Origin: Cyanobacteria bacterium J06626_4
GTDB lineage: Bacteria > Cyanobacteriota > Cyanobacteriia > Phormidesmidales > Phormidesmidaceae
Assembly: GCA_038523235.1 (NCBI GenBank)
Contig: JBCBJQ010000129.1
Span: forward strand, 1-15,134
Direction: 5' to 3'
Length of the DNA: 15,134 nucleotides
Each line of letters opens with the position of its first letter. The stretch's first letter is position 1. Shown piece after piece: positions 9,573 to 15,134 of this stretch. Both the position numbers and the translations under genes were made by a program. The notes under the pieces are model-generated. The model was not told the DNA's origin. It was given only the letters and a program-made list of their open reading frames with translations, and ran no database searches.

Positions 9573-10316
9573 ATGCAAGCCCAACTTCAAACGGCATTTG
9601 CCCAAGGCCAAGCGCTCAAAATTATTAGCGGTCTGACAAATTTTGATCGCGATCGCGTGGCCGCAGTAGTGCGCAGCGCCGATCGCGGCGGGGCCACCTT
9701 CATTGACATTGCTGCCGATGCCGCTCTTGTACAAATGGCAAAAGCGCTGACTGATTTGCCAATTTGCGTGTCTGCGGTGGAAGCAGAAGCCTTCTTAGCG
9801 CCGGTTGAGGCCGGGGCTGACCTGATCGAAATCGGCAACTTTGACGCATTTTATGCCCAAGGGCGGCGGTTTGAGTCCGCTGAAGTGTTAGCCCTGACCC
9901 AAGAGACCCGACAGCTGTTGCCCACGATCACGCTCTCGGTCACTGTGCCCCACATTTTGGCCTTGGATGAACAGGTGCAGCTGGCTGAAGCCCTAGTGGC
10001 AGCAGGCGCTGACATCATTCAAACCGAAGGCGGTACCAGCAGTCAGCCGACCCACAGTGGCACCCTCGGCCTGATTGAAAAAGCCGCTCCTACCCTGGCC
10101 GCCGCGCGAGAAATTTCGCGGGTGGTGTCAGTGCCGGTGTTGTGTGCGTCGGGTCTGTCAACGGTCACTGCACCGATGGCGATCGCGGCGGGTGCCGCGG
10201 GTATCGGGGTCGGCTCTGCGGTGAACAAGCTCGACAATGAACTGGCGATGGTGGCGGCAGTCCGCAGCTTGGCCGAGGCGCTGAAGACGGTACAGCGTCC
10301 CGCGATCGCTCGTTAA
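9573..10316 (+). CDS. ycf23: DUF561 / Ycf23 family TIM-barrel protein
   Basis: LKIISGLTNFD, GGATFIDIAAD, LPICVSAV, GADLIEIGNFDAFY, LSVTVPH, DIIQTEGG, IEKAAPTLAA, PVLCASGLS, GIGVGSAVN. Confidence 0.92.
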   Translation: MQAQLQTAFAQGQALKIISGLTNFDRDRVAAVVRSADRGGATFIDIAADAALVQMAKALTDLPICVSAVEAEAFLAPVEAGADLIEIGNFDAFYAQGRRFESAEVLALTQETRQLLPTITLSVTVPHILALDEQVQLAEALVAAGADIIQTEGGTSSQPTHSGTLGLIEKAAPTLAAAREISRVVSVPVLCASGLSTVTAPMAIAAGAAGIGVGSAVNKLDNELAMVAAVRSLAEALKTVQRPAIAR

Positions 10317-10409
10317 TCAGCGTCACGACGCCGGTACTGGCTGGCCAGCGAGCAGGACGCCAGTGGCTTAATGTCGCCCTTGAATGAGCCATAATGCCGC
10401 AAATCTGGC

Positions 10410-10438
10410 AAAAAAAAGCCCAGCAATTGCTGGGCTTT
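10410..10438 (-). terminator. Intrinsic terminator, strongest on the - strand and possibly bidirectional
   Basis: Perfect 24-bp palindrome AAAGCCCAGCAATTGCTGGGCTTT (10415-10438). A8 at 10410-10417 gives a U8 tail on the - strand; only T3 follows on the + strand. Confidence 0.8.
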
Positions 10439-10458
10439 GGCTTAAATGTTGGATTCAC

Positions 10459-10484
10459 ATTTTTGATTTATATTTTTGATTTAT
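10459..10484. repeat. Perfect 13-bp tandem duplication ATTTTTGATTTAT x2
   Basis: 10459-10471 and 10472-10484 are identical. Confidence 0.85.
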
Positions 10485-10646
10485 TTAGCTCTATAGTTGT
10501 TGATTACACTAGCGCTTTTGAACTCAAACGGCTCAACTTTTCTCAAATCTGATACATGCCTTAGCATTTCTCTCAGCCAGAGAGAAATCCGTACTCTCGC
10601 TGAATTCAGTTCAACGCCCTTTATTCACGTCTCATAAACTCTGGTA

Positions 10647-10778
10647 AATGCCGTGTTACCCCTGAATTCCTCCTCAAGGAAGGAGAGGGGCAACACGGCA
10701 TTCAAGGGTTGAAAGCCCAGATAGCAAACACAGCGACTCTTCAGTAGGCGTCCACATCAGAGCCAGCTGTTGCTATCT
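10647..10778 (-). other. Stem-loops in the 3' UTR of the phosphatase gene
   Basis: AATGCCGTGTT-a-CCCCT (10647-10663) pairs with AGGGG-c-AACACGGCATT (10686-10702); the a/c mismatch becomes a G-U pair on the - strand. AGATAGCA (10719-10726)/TGCTATCT (10771-10778) is continued by ACAGC/GCTGT. Confidence 0.65.
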
Positions 10779-10783
10779 CGACG

Positions 10784-13700
10784 TTAGGCAAAAGTGATCT
10801 CAGTGATCGCGCCGCTGCCGCCGAGGTTCACCACCAGCTTGCTGACATCGGTTTGGTCAATCTCGACGAAGCCCGCCTGACCGTTGCCGGTCATCACGAT
10901 GTCGAGGCTGCCCAAAGAGACACCATCAGCGCCATAGAGATCGATGGAGCCGGGTTCCTCTGTATCGAGGAAGCCAACGCTATCAATGGCCACCAGCTCA
11001 TCCCAGGTGAACTCCAGGGTGCCGCCACCGGCATTGTCGTCGGGATTGTCGCTGTTGCCGTCTTCCGACAAAATCAAGACCAAGCCAGCGGTATCGCTGC
11101 CCAAATCACCATCACCCCCAGTCGGGTTGGCCGAGTCAAACAGCATGGCTGCCAGGCCATCAGTCGTCACGGTCAGACCGGAGAACTGGTCAGTAATGAC
11201 GGTACCCGCACTAAGACCCTCACCTTCAAAATCGAGCGCGGGAGTAGCTAAGTCGAAGAAAACAGAACCCGAATGCTCAATCGAGCCACCAACGGGCGCA
11301 AATCCCCCTTCAGTAGTGAAGGTGAAGTCAGTCTCATCAACGATGGCAAAGCCCACCTGGAAGTCTTCGTTGACCGGCTCAGCATCACTGTCAGCACCCA
11401 CTAGCGTAAGACCAGCTGCCGACTCTAGTAGAGCGGTATCCAGCGCAACGCTGGTGACACCCGACTCAACGGTGAACTCACTCTCACCAGACAGCTCGGC
11501 ATCAATGCGGGCGTCGCCGACGTCGGCTCCGATCAGCGCATCATTGCCCAAAACGCCTGCCAACTCAGGCGAGACCAACAGGTCAGCTGCATCCAACAGC
11601 AGCGTATCGCCCTCAGCCGACAGCACGCCGGGGTTGCCGACATCAAACAGCGGAGCGTTGAACGTGATGGTGTCGGCGACAAAGAAACCGCTAGCATCAT
11701 CACTGACCCGCGCCGGATCAAAACCAATCGAAAAATCACCGACTTCGAGATCAAAATCACCAATTGCGGCCGCGACTTCTGGAGCGACGCCAAAGAGGGT
11801 TTCGTACATTACCCGGTAGATGTCAGTGTTGTCGGTGGTGTCTGGCAACAGATCGGCATTGAGACCATAGGTCTTCGACACGATGCCGCCAGCGACGTCA
11901 GAACGAGTCGCCCAAGCCACACCAAAGTCAAAGACATCGCCATCGGCATCCGGTGCGCCCGTGGTGAAGGGCTCAAAGACATCGGTGCTAAAGCCCGGAA
12001 CATCATTGCTGCCGTCAGTATCATCCAACTGCACCAGCACGCCATCGGCTCCCGGGCCAAAGGCCTGAGTTTCTGCTTGGACGCGGATGGTGTCGTCCGA
12101 TTCCGGTTCAGTTAAACCAAAGGTGCCGGCACCAATTGGCACATCATCTACTTCCAAACCACCGGCATCAGAGTCAGCCGCAGTAATGATCAGCGTGTTG
12201 GGGTCGGTGTTGTCGACAAAGTCCATGGCCACGCCGAGCGCTTCGTCTGCCCGAATTGCGGCTTCGATGGTGCCCGCCGCGTTGTTGTCATTACCGAAGT
12301 TATCGGTGGCTTCTTCTTCCATCACGAGGAAAAAGCCGTCGGGGTCGGCATCGAGAATGGGCAAAGCAGCCTCTACCATCTCAGCAATGGTCGGTGGATT
12401 CGGGTTGAGCGGTGGCTGACCGTAGAGAATCAGGTCGCCATTTTCATCGATAAACCCGTCGCGGCGTAGTTCGTCTTCAAAGAAGTCGTTGTAGGTATCT
12501 TCTGCCCCGAAGATGCCCAACAGCTTGTCGGTGTTGTCGGGGGTAACGGCTAGCAGTTCTTCCCGAGTGAAGACCACGGTGTAACCAGCGGCTTCCGCTT
12601 CTTCAATCAGGTTGCGACCATCCTCGCGGGTGCCTTCTTCGCCAAAGACGCCGATGGTGCCCACGGGCAAGTAGTCGGTTTCCCCTGCCCCGAGAATCAC
12701 ATCCGGGCGCTGATCCAAAATCTCAGCGGTGATTTCTTCGGTATTACCGCGATTATCCACATCCGCCAAGAACGCACCGGTACCGGGTTCAGCAATGAAG
12801 CCGGAATTGATGATACCGATCGCCTTACCCGCAGCCTGCGCCTCTTGCATGATGGTGTCAGGCTTACCCGAGAGGGAGACGATTTCTTCACCGCCCTCAT
12901 CCACCGGCGCATCAAAGCCAAAGCTCCCGGCAAAGGGCTTCACGCCGTAAGCGTGGGTGACCGCACCGCCGTTAGACGTGCCCACGATGCGATCGTCCAT
13001 GTGGCCGAGGTACACACTCGCGTCGCTCATCTCATCCCAGTTCAGGCGACCATCGGGGCCTTCAGAAGCAAAGCGAGCCGCCGCCCAGTGAGAGGGGCTG
13101 GTGCCATCGGGGTGAAAGAAGATCACGTTGCCGACTTCGGAGGTAGGCTCAGGCGCTTCCCGAGGAGCCAAATCGTCAGGGACGCCCTCGGGCGCAGCCA
13201 AGCTGATGTCAAACAGGCTCTCGTACATCAAGCGGTAGATGCCCGTATTGTCGATGGTGGAGCCTAAGCGATCGGCCCCTTCGCCCCAGGCTTTGGTGAC
13301 GATGCTACCGGCAAAGTCGGGGAGGCCCGCCCAGGCTACGCCAAACTCGTAAACGTTACCGTTGGCTGCCGGTGCGGCGACGAAAGGCGCGGTGTCGCTG
13401 CCGGTAGTGCCGTCAAAGGGCACGGTCACGCCGCTGTTTTCGCCCGCTTCATCAAGTTGCCGCTGGGTAGTGAGGGTGCCAACCGTTTCACCAGACACAT
13501 CATCGACTTCGAGGGAACCACCAGCACTATCCGCAGCGGTCACGACAAAGGTGTTGGACTGGACATTTTCCACAAAGTCCTTGGCCGCCCCGATCGCTTG
13601 GTCGGCATGCAGAGTGGCATCAATTGCCCCCCGGGCATTATTGGTGTTACCGAAGTTGTCAGTGCCCTCTTCCTCCAGCACGATGAAGAAGCCTTCGCCA

Positions 13701-14617
13701 TCATCATCGCCTTCGTTTGCAAAGAGATCTAGCGCCAGGGTGGCCTCTAGCATGTCACCCACAGTGGGGGGATTGGTAAACCCGTCGCCATCGGTGTCCA
13801 GCACCAGCCCATCGGGGTTAGGCGCATCAGCGACCGGCTGGCCGTAGGTAACCAACTCACCGTCGGCATCGACAAAGCCGTTCTCGATGAGAAAGCCTTC
13901 GGGAAATTCGTTGAAGTTGTCATCCGCCGCAAACATCCCCAAAACCAGCTCTGTGCTGGGATCAAGGGCGTCCAGCTGGTCCTGGTTGTAGACAACGGTA
14001 TAGCCCAGGTCTTCGGCGATTTCGACCAGGTTTAGACCATCGGTACGGGTGCCTTCACCAAAGACGCCGGTGACACCTTCTGGCAGGTAATCCTGCTCAC
14101 CGGCACCTAAGATCACATTGTATTTAGCTCGAGGCTGAGCATCCTCTGCGAGGGTGCCATCGCTTTCCGCATCAAAGAAGAGTTGGGCGGTAATGCCTTC
14201 GCGATCGCCCCGGCTAACGGCATCAGCGAAGAACACCCCGGTACCCGGTTCAGCAATGAAGCCGGAGTTGATGATCGCAGTCGGGCGACCGGCCGCAGCG
14301 GCTTCTTCCAGAATCGTGAAGTCGCTCTCAGAGCCATCCACATTCTGGCCCTGCAAACCGGCCAGAGAGGTGTACTCGTCACCGTTCTCATCGAAGCCAA
14401 AGCTGGGGGCAGCAGCCTTGATGCCATAGGCGTGCACCACTGCTCCAGCGTTGGAGGTGGCCACAATGGCATCGTCCAAGTGACCGAGATAAACCGCAGA
14501 TTCGGGGGCAGTATCCCAATTGAGGCGACCGTCTGGCCCCACTGACTCAAATCGCGCAGCTCCAAAATGAGACGGATCGGCACCATCGGGATGGATAAAG
14601 ATGACGTTACTGGTCAT
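10784..14617 (-). CDS. Large acidic alkaline phosphatase-family protein: two tandem PhoA-fold domains plus two C-terminal beta-rich modules, 1277 aa
   Basis: Duplicated motifs NVIF(I/F)HPDG, TSN(A/G)GA (nucleophile Ser), NSGFIAEPGTG, EEE(G/A)TDNFGN, TAADS and DNT(G/D)IYR. GGAGT lies 8 nt upstream of ATG 14617. Confidence 0.9.
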   Translation of the reverse strand: MTSNVIFIHPDGADPSHFGAARFESVGPDGRLNWDTAPESAVYLGHLDDAIVATSNAGAVVHAYGIKAAAPSFGFDENGDEYTSLAGLQGQNVDGSESDFTILEEAAAAGRPTAIINSGFIAEPGTGVFFADAVSRGDREGITAQLFFDAESDGTLAEDAQPRAKYNVILGAGEQDYLPEGVTGVFGEGTRTDGLNLVEIAEDLGYTVVYNQDQLDALDPSTELVLGMFAADDNFNEFPEGFLIENGFVDADGELVTYGQPVADAPNPDGLVLDTDGDGFTNPPTVGDMLEATLALDLFANEGDDDGEGFFIVLEEEGTDNFGNTNNARGAIDATLHADQAIGAAKDFVENVQSNTFVVTAADSAGGSLEVDDVSGETVGTLTTQRQLDEAGENSGVTVPFDGTTGSDTAPFVAAPAANGNVYEFGVAWAGLPDFAGSIVTKAWGEGADRLGSTIDNTGIYRLMYESLFDISLAAPEGVPDDLAPREAPEPTSEVGNVIFFHPDGTSPSHWAAARFASEGPDGRLNWDEMSDASVYLGHMDDRIVGTSNGGAVTHAYGVKPFAGSFGFDAPVDEGGEEIVSLSGKPDTIMQEAQAAGKAIGIINSGFIAEPGTGAFLADVDNRGNTEEITAEILDQRPDVILGAGETDYLPVGTIGVFGEEGTREDGRNLIEEAEAAGYTVVFTREELLAVTPDNTDKLLGIFGAEDTYNDFFEDELRRDGFIDENGDLILYGQPPLNPNPPTIAEMVEAALPILDADPDGFFLVMEEEATDNFGNDNNAAGTIEAAIRADEALGVAMDFVDNTDPNTLIITAADSDAGGLEVDDVPIGAGTFGLTEPESDDTIRVQAETQAFGPGADGVLVQLDDTDGSNDVPGFSTDVFEPFTTGAPDADGDVFDFGVAWATRSDVAGGIVSKTYGLNADLLPDTTDNTDIYRVMYETLFGVAPEVAAAIGDFDLEVGDFSIGFDPARVSDDASGFFVADTITFNAPLFDVGNPGVLSAEGDTLLLDAADLLVSPELAGVLGNDALIGADVGDARIDAELSGESEFTVESGVTSVALDTALLESAAGLTLVGADSDAEPVNEDFQVGFAIVDETDFTFTTEGGFAPVGGSIEHSGSVFFDLATPALDFEGEGLSAGTVITDQFSGLTVTTDGLAAMLFDSANPTGGDGDLGSDTAGLVLILSEDGNSDNPDDNAGGGTLEFTWDELVAIDSVGFLDTEEPGSIDLYGADGVSLGSLDIVMTGNGQAGFVEIDQTDVSKLVVNLGGSGAITEITFA

Positions 14618-15134
14618 AGACTGGCACTCCATCAATTAATAGTAAAAAGGGGCTTTTCTCAGGCTCAATAGTCAGAGCAAGAAAAGACGCTAGAGCAAGG
14701 AAGTCTCAACTCAACTTCCAACGCCAAGCATTGCAGCCTGACATTGTCTAACGAAGATCTCTAAGTAAAGAAAGCTTTAATCATCAAAATATTGGCGACA
14801 TTAATCCTTAGACACAACCGCTAAAATCCCTTTCAGCAAAGGATTATTCTTATTTTTATGGGCTGATCCTACAGAGTATTTAGCGAAGTCTATCAGGTGC
14901 CAACTGAGTATTTTTGCTGAATTCTTATCAAGCAAAATCTATCCTTAAAGCTAACTCAAATTTTCTAAAGACCAAAGACATTTAGAAACATAAATATCTC
15001 TCGTAAAAAGCCAGCACGCATTGATAAATATAAATCCCAAAATAAGATTACTTGTGATAAGTAGCTGGGCCGAATTAAGTGTTAAACCGGTCGCTGATTT
15101 CGACTCCGCTCAATCAGCTATATTGCTTGCCAAG

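Noticed and set aside
10853..14586. Many long antisense and alternate-frame ORFs inside the phosphatase gene (similar ones lie in eno, the 7TM-HD gene and ycf23)
   Set aside because: These are shadow ORFs expected from codon bias in GC-rich genes; they have low-complexity Ser/Pro/Ala translations and no motifs.
14773..14787. Zur box upstream of the phosphatase (TGATGATTA on the - strand)
   Set aside because: Only a half-match to TGATAATnATTATCA, in AT-rich DNA.

Overview
Chromosomal window from a cyanobacterium (at least 12 HIP1 GCGATCGC octamers; probably Leptolyngbya/Nodosilinea-like, which is an inference). Left to right: a cluster of cyanobacterial-type DnaA boxes with an AT-rich flank (oriC-like, cut by the window edge); sfsA (-); a 6S RNA gene (ssaA/ssrS, +) that the ORF track misses; an exported protein with two peptidoglycan-binding domains (-); a degenerate ADP-ribosylglycohydrolase-fold protein; a 7TM-HD (PgpH-like) phosphodiesterase; a C39-like peptidase; enolase; a small exported beta-rich protein; DUF561/Ycf23; a hairpin-rich intergenic region; and a 1277-aa acidic alkaline phosphatase (-). 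The phosphatase has two tandem PhoA-fold domains lacking the canonical Zn-binding histidines, no signal peptide, and a C-terminal module whose halves look swapped (possible circular permutation). I see no mobile element or CRISPR array. Most genes are ordinary. The most interesting items are the phosphatase, the possible origin, the pseudo-enzyme next to the PgpH-like gene, and several RNA structures. All family calls come from recognising motifs by eye; no database search was run.
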